Shown here one piece after another: positions 9,120 through 17,201 of a DNA stretch of 64,000 nucleotides. Location of the stretch: positions 36,389 to 100,388 of the forward strand of contig JAFEDL010000029.1 of the NCBI GenBank assembly GCA_018241645.1, in the 5' to 3' direction. Position 1 is the stretch's first letter. Every line of letters begins with the position of its first letter. Position numbers and translations under genes: made by a program. Source of the DNA: Pseudomonadota bacterium (GTDB lineage Bacteria > Pseudomonadota > Gammaproteobacteria > Burkholderiales > SG8-39). The notes under the pieces were generated by a model, which saw only the letters and a list, made by a program, of their open reading frames with translations, was not told where the DNA came from and did no database searches.

Positions 9120-9515
9120 ATGCGCGCATTCAACTCACTTTGCCGGTCGGCGTTGCTGCTTGCGGTCGGGATGTTCATGTCGGGCGCGATCGCGGCGGCC
9201 GAACGGCCCTACTCGGATGCAGAGTTTGCAGCGACACAGCGCGCAGGCAAGCCGGTACTGCTCGCCGTGCATGCCGACTGGTGTCCGACCTGCCGGGCGC
9301 AAGAGCAGGTCCTGAAAGAGTTGCTCACGGACAAGCGGTACGCGGGCATCTCGGTTTTTCGCGTCGACTTCGACTCGCAAAAGGCGGTACTCAAGCGGTT
9401 CGGGGTCCGAACCCAGAGCACGTTGATCCTGTTCAAGGGGACCACCGAGGTTTCCCGCTCAATCGCACAGACTGACCGAAACGCGATCGCCGCGGATCTC
9501 GCGAAAGCGCTGTAG
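9120..9515 (+). CDS. Periplasmic thioredoxin-family protein
   Basis: Signal peptide plus the WCPTC active site. Confidence 0.8.
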   Translation: MRAFNSLCRSALLLAVGMFMSGAIAAAERPYSDAEFAATQRAGKPVLLAVHADWCPTCRAQEQVLKELLTDKRYAGISVFRVDFDSQKAVLKRFGVRTQSTLILFKGTTEVSRSIAQTDRNAIAADLAKAL

Positions 9516-9528
9516 CCGGGAGCAGGGA

Positions 9529-10257
9529 ATGGAGTTCGGCCTGGGTACCTACGGAATCGCGTTCGCCGCGGGAGGACTCTCCACGCTCTCCCCGTGCGTT
9601 CTGCCACTGGTGCCGATTCTTATCGGATCGGCCCTGACCGCGCATCGGTTCGGCGCATGGGCGCTCGCCGGAGGCTTGGCCCTGTCGTTCACGCTGGTAG
9701 GCGCCCTGCTCGCCAGCCTCGGTGCCACCTCCGGCCTGGACCCGGATGCTCTGCGCACCGTCGCAGCGGTGATGTTGCTTGTATTCGGGGGCCTACTGGT
9801 GTCACAACGACTGCAGGATCGCTTTGCGCTTGCCACCGCCGGGGTCTCCGGAGCCGGACAAAATATGCTTTCCGGGTTGTCGGCTGACGGGCTGTCCGGA
9901 CAGTTCACTCTCGGATTGCTCCTGGGCATTGTGTGGAGCCCCTGCGTCGGACCTACGCTGGGGGCGGCAATCACTCTTGCGAGTCAAGGCGAACACCTGA
10001 GCCAGGTCGCGCTGGTCATGGCGCTGTTCGGGCTCGGCGCAGGGATTCCGCTCATCGTACTTGGAACGCTATCGCGCCAGGCGATGAGCCGCATTCGGGG
10101 GCGGCTCCTGTTCGCGGGACGTAACGGAAAAAAAATTCTGGGCGTGGCGATGCTGATTCTCGCCGCCTTCATTTTGACGGGTGCGGACAAGAGTGCTGAA
10201 AGCTGGATCCTGGACGTGACACCCGACTGGGTTACCCGCGTCGGCACGCAGCTATAG
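9529..10257 (+). CDS. ccdA: Cytochrome c biogenesis / thiol-disulfide electron transporter CcdA (DsbD family)
   Basis: 242 aa, six TM segments, with the conserved Cys pair in LSPCVLPLVP and VWSPCVGP. Confidence 0.85.
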   Translation: MEFGLGTYGIAFAAGGLSTLSPCVLPLVPILIGSALTAHRFGAWALAGGLALSFTLVGALLASLGATSGLDPDALRTVAAVMLLVFGGLLVSQRLQDRFALATAGVSGAGQNMLSGLSADGLSGQFTLGLLLGIVWSPCVGPTLGAAITLASQGEHLSQVALVMALFGLGAGIPLIVLGTLSRQAMSRIRGRLLFAGRNGKKILGVAMLILAAFILTGADKSAESWILDVTPDWVTRVGTQL

Positions 10258-10399
10258 AGCGCTGGTGTAAGTTTTCCGCGCACCACGGTGTCTCATCAAC
10301 ACGGCGAGCGCAAAGATGTTGGATCCGCGGGTCGGCTGCCGGTACGAATCCGACAGCCCCCTGCAGGCGCGCTTCGCATACCCACCAAAGGGAGTACAA

Positions 10400-11047
10400 A
10401 TGAACCTGAACCTTCGCCCCATGACTGCCGCGATGCTGTCGTCCGGATTGTTGCTTGGCGTGCCACCAGCCTCGGCCAATCCGTGCGCCCCGCGCGCAAA
10501 CGCACCGATGCAGTTGGCGCAGAACCCGTGTGCCGCCAAAAAGAACCCCTGTGCAGCGAAAAATCCCTGCGCGGCTAAGAACCCCTGCGGGGCGGGCGGC
10601 GTCAACCCGAACCTGGTCACCCGTCCGGCCGGAAGCAAGCCGTTTGCAGGCAACAAAGCGGAGCTTGTCGCGCTGGGCGAGAAGCTCTGGTCCGACACCA
10701 AGCTGAGCTCCAACGGCCTTTCCTGCGTGACGTGCCACCAGGGCAACAACGCTTTCAATGCCAGTTTCGCAAAGCCCTACCCGCACCTCGTTGCCATGGC
10801 GGACGATCAGTCGAAGTTGAAGCGGATTACGATGGAACAGATGGTCCAGTTCTGCATGGTCGTTCCGATGGCGGCGAAGCCGCTGGCCTGGGATTCCAGG
10901 GAACTCGCGGCATTGACCGCGTACACCGGTGTGGTGCAAATGGGGTTCACCAAGACTGGTGCGAAAAATCCTTGCAGCGCGAAAAATCCATGTGCGGCCA
11001 AAAACCCCTGCGCAGCGAGGAACCCCTGCGCAGCGAGGAAGAAGTAG
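10400..11047 (+). CDS. Monoheme c-type cytochrome flanked by N- and C-terminal NPCAAK repeat tracts
   Basis: AAAGGGAG RBS upstream of ATG 10400. Signal peptide, five N-terminal NPC units, heme site LSCVTCHQG in a CCP-like context (LWSDTKLSSNG), and five C-terminal NPC units. Confidence 0.8.
   Translation: MNLNLRPMTAAMLSSGLLLGVPPASANPCAPRANAPMQLAQNPCAAKKNPCAAKNPCAAKNPCGAGGVNPNLVTRPAGSKPFAGNKAELVALGEKLWSDTKLSSNGLSCVTCHQGNNAFNASFAKPYPHLVAMADDQSKLKRITMEQMVQFCMVVPMAAKPLAWDSRELAALTAYTGVVQMGFTKTGAKNPCSAKNPCAAKNPCAARNPCAARKK
10475..10591 (+). repeat. Coding NPC(A)AK tandem repeat (N-terminal tract of the cytochrome)
   Basis: ANPCAPR...QNPCAAKKNPCAAKNPCAAKNPCGAG. Confidence 0.75.
10940..11044 (+). 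repeat. Coding NPC(A/S)A(K/R) tandem repeat (C-terminal tract of the cytochrome)
   Basis: GAKNPCSAKNPCAAKNPCAAKNPCAARNPCAARKK. Confidence 0.75.
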
Positions 11048-11054
11048 GCAGCGC

Positions 11055-11822
11055 ATGAACGGGCGCGCGGCATTGGCTGAAGGGGATGGGCTTCACGATT
11101 CCGCGTGCGCCGTGCCGCGCCTTGCGTCCCTTACCCGGGGGGAACTGCTGTCAATGCGCGCCGCCGGGCTGGACGTGCTCGAATTCCAGCGGGTCCTGGC
11201 CAAGGGCGGCTTGAACATCGTCGGCGAACTGCTGCGCGGAGCAGATGGTTTCGTCGAGTACGACCACTACCCGGAAGACGACGTATTCGATGCGGATTCG
11301 GGTGCGCAGTACTACTACCACGCGCATCGCGGATTGCACGGCGAGCACGGGCATTTTCACACCTTCCTGCGCGCGCGCGGGATGCCGGCCGGCGTCTCCC
11401 TGTCGGATATGCCGCACGCCGAACCCTGGCCCGAGGGCAACGACGCGCTTTGCCACCTGATCTCCATATCGATGGATGCCTACGGCGCGCCGATCGGCCT
11501 GTTCGCACCGAACCGCTGGGTGACCGGCGACACCTGGTACCCGGCCGACGAGGTCGTCAGAATGCTCGACTGCTTCCGCATCGATCATGCAAATCCGTCC
11601 TGGCCAGTCAATCGCTGGCTGGGTGCCATGTTCCTGCTGTACCGGCCTCACATCATCGAGCTGCTCCACGCACGTGATCGCAAGATCGCACTGTGGCGAG
11701 AGAAGCACCCCCGGGAAGACGTACTCGAGGATCGCGAACTGGAAATCCTCGCGCATCTTCCGATTTCCATAGCGGCCACGATGTCCGAGCTGGACATGGC
11801 CCTCGCAGTAGCAACCCGTTGA
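11055..11822 (+). CDS. Conserved hypothetical protein (His-rich motif YYYHAHRGLHGEHGHFHTF)
   Basis: 255 aa, starting 7 nt after the cytochrome stop. I could not assign a family. Confidence 0.5.
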   Translation: MNGRAALAEGDGLHDSACAVPRLASLTRGELLSMRAAGLDVLEFQRVLAKGGLNIVGELLRGADGFVEYDHYPEDDVFDADSGAQYYYHAHRGLHGEHGHFHTFLRARGMPAGVSLSDMPHAEPWPEGNDALCHLISISMDAYGAPIGLFAPNRWVTGDTWYPADEVVRMLDCFRIDHANPSWPVNRWLGAMFLLYRPHIIELLHARDRKIALWREKHPREDVLEDRELEILAHLPISIAATMSELDMALAVATR

Positions 11823-11832
11823 ACTTCCCGCC

Positions 11833-12300
11833 ATGGACCTTCGAAAAATATTGATTGCTGGCTTGGTGCTTGCCGCACCGGTGGCGTCGCTTTTGGCACA
11901 GTCCGGGCCCAAATCCCCGCTGATCGAACTGACCCAGATCCCCTGCCAGTTCCTGGAGAGTGAGGACGGGCGGGACCGCGGCTTCAAGGCTGCCGCGGCG
12001 AAGGATTGCGAGGCGATCAACGCGCGCGGCGGCAGGCAACGGGTGGCGGAATCTAAGACGATCGAACTCAGGCCGGGCAAGTACATCTTTCGCGTAACCA
12101 ACAAGAACGTGCCCTATGAACTTGGCTTCTGGGTGCGCGGCGAATCTCTGGTCGATCGTGCCCGGCTGCCGAGCGTATCCGGTGGGGGATTGACCTCCGG
12201 GAAGACGCAGGACTACGCCATCGAACTCAAGGCCGGCAATTACGTCTATTCCTGCCCCTTGAATCCCACGCCCGACTACAAGCTCGTCGTGAGGAACTGA
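11833..12300 (+). CDS. Secreted cupredoxin-like beta-sandwich protein lacking a full type-1 copper ligand set
   Basis: Signal peptide. GKYIFRVTNKN...YELGFWV...AGNYVYSCPLNPTPDYKLVV resembles a cupredoxin C-terminal loop but has no His or Met after the Cys. Confidence 0.45.
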   Translation: MDLRKILIAGLVLAAPVASLLAQSGPKSPLIELTQIPCQFLESEDGRDRGFKAAAAKDCEAINARGGRQRVAESKTIELRPGKYIFRVTNKNVPYELGFWVRGESLVDRARLPSVSGGGLTSGKTQDYAIELKAGNYVYSCPLNPTPDYKLVVRN

Positions 12301-13446
12301 TTGCCAAAGGTGCAGGCGGGACCGCTCTGCAGCGCGGCCGCGATCTGCGCGTTACTGATCGCAGCCGTCTGGGGCCAGGGCCCGCGAATGGTCCTGCTTG
12401 CCACAATCGGCATCCTCCTGGGAATCACGCTCTTCCATTCGTCCTTCGGCTTCGCGTCGGCCTACCGGCGGCTGCTCGAAGGCCGCGGGGTACGCGCCGT
12501 GCAGGCGCAGATCCTGATGCTCGCCGCAGCAACGCTGCTCTTTACGCCGGTCCTCGCCCAAGGTGAATTTTTCGGTCGCGAAGTAGTCGGCGCAATCGCC
12601 CCGGCCGGCATACCGGTGGCACTGGGCGCGTTCCTGTTCGGAATCGGCATGCAGCTGGCAGGCGGGTGCGGGTCGGGCACCCTCTATGCAGCAGGCGCCG
12701 GGCAAGGGCGCATGGTCCTGGTCCTCGGCGCCTTCTGCGCCGGTGCGTTCTGGGCGAGCCTTCACATGGGTCTTTGGGAGCGGCTCCCCGCTTTTGAACC
12801 CATGGCCCTTGGGGACGCGCTCGGGTGGCCGATTGCGGTCGTGTTGCAACTGGCCTTGTTCGGCGTGCTGCATGGCCTGCTCGGCAGGCTCCCCGGGGCC
12901 GGCGCCGATGCATCGCCCCGGATTGCCGCATCGCTGCAGCGAGTCTGGCGCGGCCCCTGGACTCCCGAGGTCGGGGCGCTTGTCCTCGCCGGGCTGGCTT
13001 TTCTGACGCTGATTGTGGCGGGCCACCCGTGGTCGATCACCTGGGCGTTCACGCTGTGGGGAGCGAAGGCGGCAGTGGCGCTGGGCTGGGAACCGGGCGC
13101 AAGCGAATTCTGGGCCGCGGCATTCCAGCGCGAATCGCTCGAGTCAGGGGTGCTTTCTGACGTAACCTCGGTCATGGATATCGGGATTCTTGCAGGCGCC
13201 TTCCTGGCGGCAGGCTGGGCGGGCGGATTCAGGCCGCGCCTCGGCCCCACTCCGCGCGCCGTGCTGGTCGCGATGCTGGGCGGCGTCGCGATGGGGTATG
13301 GCGCACGTATAGCGTTCGGTTGCAACGTCGGCGCGTTCTTTTCTGGCATTGCCAGTACCAGCCTGCACGGCTGGCTGTGGATCGCCAGCGCGCTGCCCGG
13401 AAGCTGGGTCGGCCTGAAACTTCACGCGCGCCTGGCGATCCGGTAG
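12301..13446 (+). CDS. YeeE/YedE-family sulfur-compound (thiosulfate-type) transporter
   Basis: Two sulfur-transport half-domains with GGCGSGTLY and FGCNVGAFFSG. The start is uncertain: TTG at 12301 abuts the previous stop, and the alternative is ATG 12388. Confidence 0.8.
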   Translation: MPKVQAGPLCSAAAICALLIAAVWGQGPRMVLLATIGILLGITLFHSSFGFASAYRRLLEGRGVRAVQAQILMLAAATLLFTPVLAQGEFFGREVVGAIAPAGIPVALGAFLFGIGMQLAGGCGSGTLYAAGAGQGRMVLVLGAFCAGAFWASLHMGLWERLPAFEPMALGDALGWPIAVVLQLALFGVLHGLLGRLPGAGADASPRIAASLQRVWRGPWTPEVGALVLAGLAFLTLIVAGHPWSITWAFTLWGAKAAVALGWEPGASEFWAAAFQRESLESGVLSDVTSVMDIGILAGAFLAAGWAGGFRPRLGPTPRAVLVAMLGGVAMGYGARIAFGCNVGAFFSGIASTSLHGWLWIASALPGSWVGLKLHARLAIR

Positions 13447-13462
13447 GCGCGGGACTTCATTC

Positions 13463-14155
13463 ATGGATGTGCCCACCCGCAAACCCAGCAGCCGCTGGTT
13501 CGCCGCAATTGCCGCCGTGATCCTGGTGACGATCCTTGTTGCGATCTACCTCGTACTGCACCAGACGGGAACACTCGGCACACTCCTCGACAGTGCGGCA
13601 CTGCACGCGCTGGTTGAACGGCTGGGCCCTTGGGGGCCCATCGCAATCATCGCGCTGATGGTGCTTTCCGTCGCGATCAGTCCGATCCCCAGCGCGCCGA
13701 TCGCGATGGCTGCCGGTGCGGCGTATGGGCATCTTTGGGGCACGCTTTACGTGGTCGTCGGCGCGGAGATAGGCGCACTGACGGCGTTCGGCGTCGCCCG
13801 CCTGGTCGGCCAGGCCGCGCTGTACCGATGGTTCGGCGAGCGCCTCTCGACCGGCCTGATCGGGTCCCAGAACGCATTGACTGGCATCGTCTTCGTCAGC
13901 CGCCTGCTGCCCTTTGTGTCGTTCGACCTGGTGAGCTACGCCGCAGGCCTGACGCTGCTTTCGCCCTGGCGCTTCGCCCTCGCCACGCTCGCGGGCATCA
14001 TCCCCATGAGCTTTCTGCTGGCCCATTTCGGCACGGAACTGTCCAGCGGCGAGTCGGATCGATTCATGTACACCGCCCTGGGTCTGGGTCTGGTGACCGC
14101 GCTGCCGATTGGCGCGAAGCTCCTGCGTGACCGATACCGTCGGCGGAGCGCATGA
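13463..14155 (+). CDS. TVP38/TMEM64 (DedA-related) membrane protein
   Basis: VSRLLPFVSFDLVSYAAGLT signature. 230 aa, polytopic. Confidence 0.75.
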   Translation: MDVPTRKPSSRWFAAIAAVILVTILVAIYLVLHQTGTLGTLLDSAALHALVERLGPWGPIAIIALMVLSVAISPIPSAPIAMAAGAAYGHLWGTLYVVVGAEIGALTAFGVARLVGQAALYRWFGERLSTGLIGSQNALTGIVFVSRLLPFVSFDLVSYAAGLTLLSPWRFALATLAGIIPMSFLLAHFGTELSSGESDRFMYTALGLGLVTALPIGAKLLRDRYRRRSA

Positions 14156-14189
14156 AAGGTTTCGGCATTCGTGCGCGACTAACTGTCAC

Positions 14190-15560
14190 ATGGAACCGAA
14201 CCCGCCCCACGACAAATCGGTACTGAGCTGGCTCGGATTGTGGCGGATCAGGCCGGACATGCACCTCCCGGCGCGCGTGGAGCGCGCCCTCGAGGAACTA
14301 CAAAAGCGAAGTGAGATCCTTATTGGCTGGGTGCAGGCGTCGCTGATTGCGGTGCTCGGTACTTTGTACCTCGTCGCGCCCAGCACTTCCCCCGCAGACG
14401 CGACATTCCGTCCGGTGCCGTGGGCGCTCGGCATCTACGCCGCGTTCACGTTGCTGCGGCTAGTGCTCGCATACCGCAACCGCCTCACCCCCGTGTTGAA
14501 GATCGCTTCGGTGCTGGTGGATATTTCGATGCTGATGATCACGATCTGGAGCTTCCACATCCAGTATTCCCAACCGGCGGCGTTCTACCTCAAGGCGCCG
14601 ACGCTCCTTTACGTATACATTTTCATCGTACTGCGCGCGCTGACCATCACGCCCGGCTACGTGATGTTTACGGGCCTGGTAGCCGCGGGCGGATGGCTGG
14701 CCCTGCTTGGGTATGCGCTGGCGGAACCGGGCGGCGCGGCACTCGTGACGCACGACTACGTCGAGTACATGACTTCGGCCAAGATCCTGGTTGGCGGGGA
14801 AGTGGATCGTGTCGTCTCTATCCTGATAGTGACCCTCGTGCTCTCGGTTTCGGTGGCACGCGCGCGGCAGCTCTTGTTCCAGGCAGTTGGCGACCAGGCA
14901 GCGCTTTCACAGTTGTCGCGCTTTTTCTCACCTGAAATCGCCGAGCGGCTGGCGCGCGCCGACGAACTGCTCCACTCTGGGGACGGCGAGCAGCGCGAAG
15001 CGGCGGCGATGTTCATCGACCTGCGCGGCTTTACCAAACTTGCTGCCGAACTCGCCCCTGCCAGCCTGATCGAGCTGCTGCGCGAATACCAGCGCGTGGC
15101 CGTGCCGATCATCCACAGGAACAACGGCAGCGTGTCGACCTACGTCGGCGACGGCATCATGGTGACCTTCGGCGCCACCCGGGCGTCCGGCACTCATTGT
15201 GCGGACGCAATGCGCTGTGCGGACGAACTGCTCACGGCGCTGGTCGGTTGGTGCATGGCGCGCGAAGCGAAAGGCCTTCCGGCGCCGGGCGTGGGCATCG
15301 GAGTGGAGGCGGGCACGGTCACCTGCGGCGTCATCGGCGACGAGGGCCGCCTCGAATACTCGATCATCGGCGACCCGGTGAACCGCGCCGCCAAGCTGCA
15401 GAACCACACCAAAGTCGAGGGCGTGCTCGGACTCGCGAGCATCGCCTGCCTCGAGCGCGCGCTTGCGCAGGGGTACTTGCCGAAGGGGCAGCAACGGGTA
15501 CTCGCCGATCGTGAGGTTGCGGGCGTCTCAGGCGCCATGACTGTCGTGGCTCTTGGGTGA
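14190..15560 (+). CDS. Membrane-anchored class III adenylate/guanylate cyclase
   Basis: N-terminal multi-TM domain, then a cyclase homology domain (AAMFIDLRGFTKL, YVGDGIMVTFG, GDPVNRAAKLQ). Confidence 0.85.
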   Translation: MEPNPPHDKSVLSWLGLWRIRPDMHLPARVERALEELQKRSEILIGWVQASLIAVLGTLYLVAPSTSPADATFRPVPWALGIYAAFTLLRLVLAYRNRLTPVLKIASVLVDISMLMITIWSFHIQYSQPAAFYLKAPTLLYVYIFIVLRALTITPGYVMFTGLVAAGGWLALLGYALAEPGGAALVTHDYVEYMTSAKILVGGEVDRVVSILIVTLVLSVSVARARQLLFQAVGDQAALSQLSRFFSPEIAERLARADELLHSGDGEQREAAAMFIDLRGFTKLAAELAPASLIELLREYQRVAVPIIHRNNGSVSTYVGDGIMVTFGATRASGTHCADAMRCADELLTALVGWCMAREAKGLPAPGVGIGVEAGTVTCGVIGDEGRLEYSIIGDPVNRAAKLQNHTKVEGVLGLASIACLERALAQGYLPKGQQRVLADREVAGVSGAMTVVALG

Positions 15561-15596
15561 ATCAACAAGATGCGGGATGATGCTGGTGCACTCTGA

Positions 15597-15704
15597 ACCG
15601 CGCAAGGGCGGTTTCCGTATTGGCGACTGTATGCGCTGCATACCGCCGAGAGCCCCGAGGACATGGATATCCTCGGCTAGGGTCTGCACAAACTCAAGGA
15701 CTGA
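15597..15704 (+). pseudogene. higB: higB-like (plasmid-maintenance killer, RelE/ParE superfamily) toxin remnant
   Basis: Frame starting at 15600 reads AQGRFPYWRLYALHTAESPEDMDILG*GLHKLKD*, which matches only the central L..L..A.sP.DM..pG.rLH.LKG part of HigB. It has an internal TAG and both ends are missing. Confidence 0.45.
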
Positions 15705-15713
15705 GAGGCCGCC

Positions 15714-15989
15714 ATGCAAATGTACAACCCACCTCACCCCGGGCAGATCCTTAAGGAATTCTTCCCGGACGGACTAAGCGTGACCGAGGCTGCAAGGCGA
15801 TTGCGGGTCTCACGGCAGACCCTTTCCGCGGTCATCAACGGACGAGCCGGAGTAACCGCCGACATGGCGCTACGCCTTGCATCCGCACTCGGCAACAAGG
15901 CCGACTTCTAGCTCCGCCTGCAGATGCAATACGACCTCTAGCATGCGAAGAAGCACGTACCCAATGGGCTCCAGAAGCTCGTGGCGTGA
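15714..15989 (+). pseudogene. higA: higA-family HTH antitoxin interrupted by two in-frame TAG codons
   Basis: [17 protein letters not shown]...[58 protein letters not shown]... Both TAG codons fall where HigA proteins normally have Trp (FW..LQ..YDLW). Confidence 0.6.
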
Positions 15990-16072
15990 ATTTCTGTTTC
16001 CGGCATATAAACTGACATAAACGCGGCTCCTGGAGTCACTTTCTTGAAGAAAATGTTTGTAATTTTAGATGC

Positions 16073-16684
16073 ATGATGCCTGCTGACCTCCCCAACCGCT
16101 CCGTCGAATTCTTCGACACCCAGTTCCGCCGCCAGGCCGCGGCGGGCGAATACGCGCTCAATCCCTTTGAGCAGGCGGTTCTGCCTTTCCTCTCGGGCGA
16201 GACGCTCGACCTGGGCTGCGGACTCGGAAACCTTTCGCTGGCGGCAGCAGCGCGCGGCTGCATGGTGCTGGCGCTTGATGCGAGCGCCGCCGCAGTGGAA
16301 AGCCTTGCAGGGCGGGCCGCGGCAGGCGTGCTCCCGGTCCAAGCGCGGCAAGCCGACCTGCGGAACTACGCACCTTCACAAGAGTATGACTCGGTCGTGG
16401 CGATCGGCCTCGCCATGTTCTTCGCCTGCCCGGACGCCCATGCAATGATTGCGCGCATCCGCGCCGCCGTCCGCCCCGGCGGCGTGGCCGCCGTGAACGT
16501 GCTGATCGAAGGGACGACTTTCATGGGGATGTTCACGCCCGGGGACTATTGCCTGTTCGGCGAGCATTCCCTTGAAGAGGCCTTCGCAGGCTGGGCGGTC
16601 GAGTACCTGAAGTTTGACGCATTCCCCGCGCCCGGCGACACGGTGAAGCGCTTCTGCACGATGGTTGCGCGGCGGTCCCGGTGA
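16073..16684 (+). CDS. Class I SAM-dependent methyltransferase (TehB-like)
   Basis: SAM motif I LDLGCGLGNLSLAAAARG followed by VLALDAS. Confidence 0.8.
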   Translation: MMPADLPNRSVEFFDTQFRRQAAAGEYALNPFEQAVLPFLSGETLDLGCGLGNLSLAAAARGCMVLALDASAAAVESLAGRAAAGVLPVQARQADLRNYAPSQEYDSVVAIGLAMFFACPDAHAMIARIRAAVRPGGVAAVNVLIEGTTFMGMFTPGDYCLFGEHSLEEAFAGWAVEYLKFDAFPAPGDTVKRFCTMVARRSR

Positions 16685-16884
16685 CGACCGCCGTGTTTGC
16701 ACGATTGACGCAGTGGGCACGGGAGATCAAAGCCCAGGGTCCTGTGATCCGGTTCACCCGCGCCCGTCTGCCGGCAAGCCAGATCAAATCCCGCAACTAC
16801 GCCGCTGGCGCATTCGTGATCCACGCATGGGCTGTGGCTGCGTATTGGACATGGCTGCGATTGGCCGAAAGGTGGACCCGATGA
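16681..16884 (+). CDS. Possible small bridging ORF (67 aa), hypothetical
   Basis: Its GTG overlaps the methyltransferase stop (GTGA) and its stop overlaps the next ATG (ATGA). I recognise no family. Confidence 0.3.
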   Translation: MTTAVFARLTQWAREIKAQGPVIRFTRARLPASQIKSRNYAAGAFVIHAWAVAAYWTWLRLAERWTR

Positions 16885-17192
16885 CGATGCTTCCCGCCGA
16901 CGCGTCTTGCGTCAAAGCTTCCAAAGATGCGCAGCCGGTCAGCCTGCTTGAGAAGGTGCTGCGCGGCATGTCCGTATTCACGATGCTGATGACTGTGCCG
17001 CAGGTCTTCATAGTCTGGGTCAGGCACGATGTCGGCGGCGTGTCGCTGCTGTCCTGGCTGGCCTACTTGTTGTCCGCCTGCCTGTGGTTCGTGTACGGGT
17101 TCCAGAAGGGCGACAAGACGATCTACCTTGCCTGCATCGGATGGATCCTGCTCGACGCCGCAATCGTGGCCGGCGTCATCATCTTTGGCTGA
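16881..17192 (+). CDS. SemiSWEET / PQ-loop small membrane protein
   Basis: About 103 aa, three TM segments, PQ motif (TVPQVFIVW). Confidence 0.55.
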   Translation: MTMLPADASCVKASKDAQPVSLLEKVLRGMSVFTMLMTVPQVFIVWVRHDVGGVSLLSWLAYLLSACLWFVYGFQKGDKTIYLACIGWILLDAAIVAGVIIFG

Positions 17193-17201
17193 CCTGCGAC
17201 C

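Noticed and set aside
15909-15941. The idea that the two TAG codons in higA are read through (amber suppression or recoding).
   Set aside because: The partner toxin is truncated at both ends and also broken by TAG. No suppressor tRNA or Pyl machinery is visible. Pseudogenisation is the simpler explanation.
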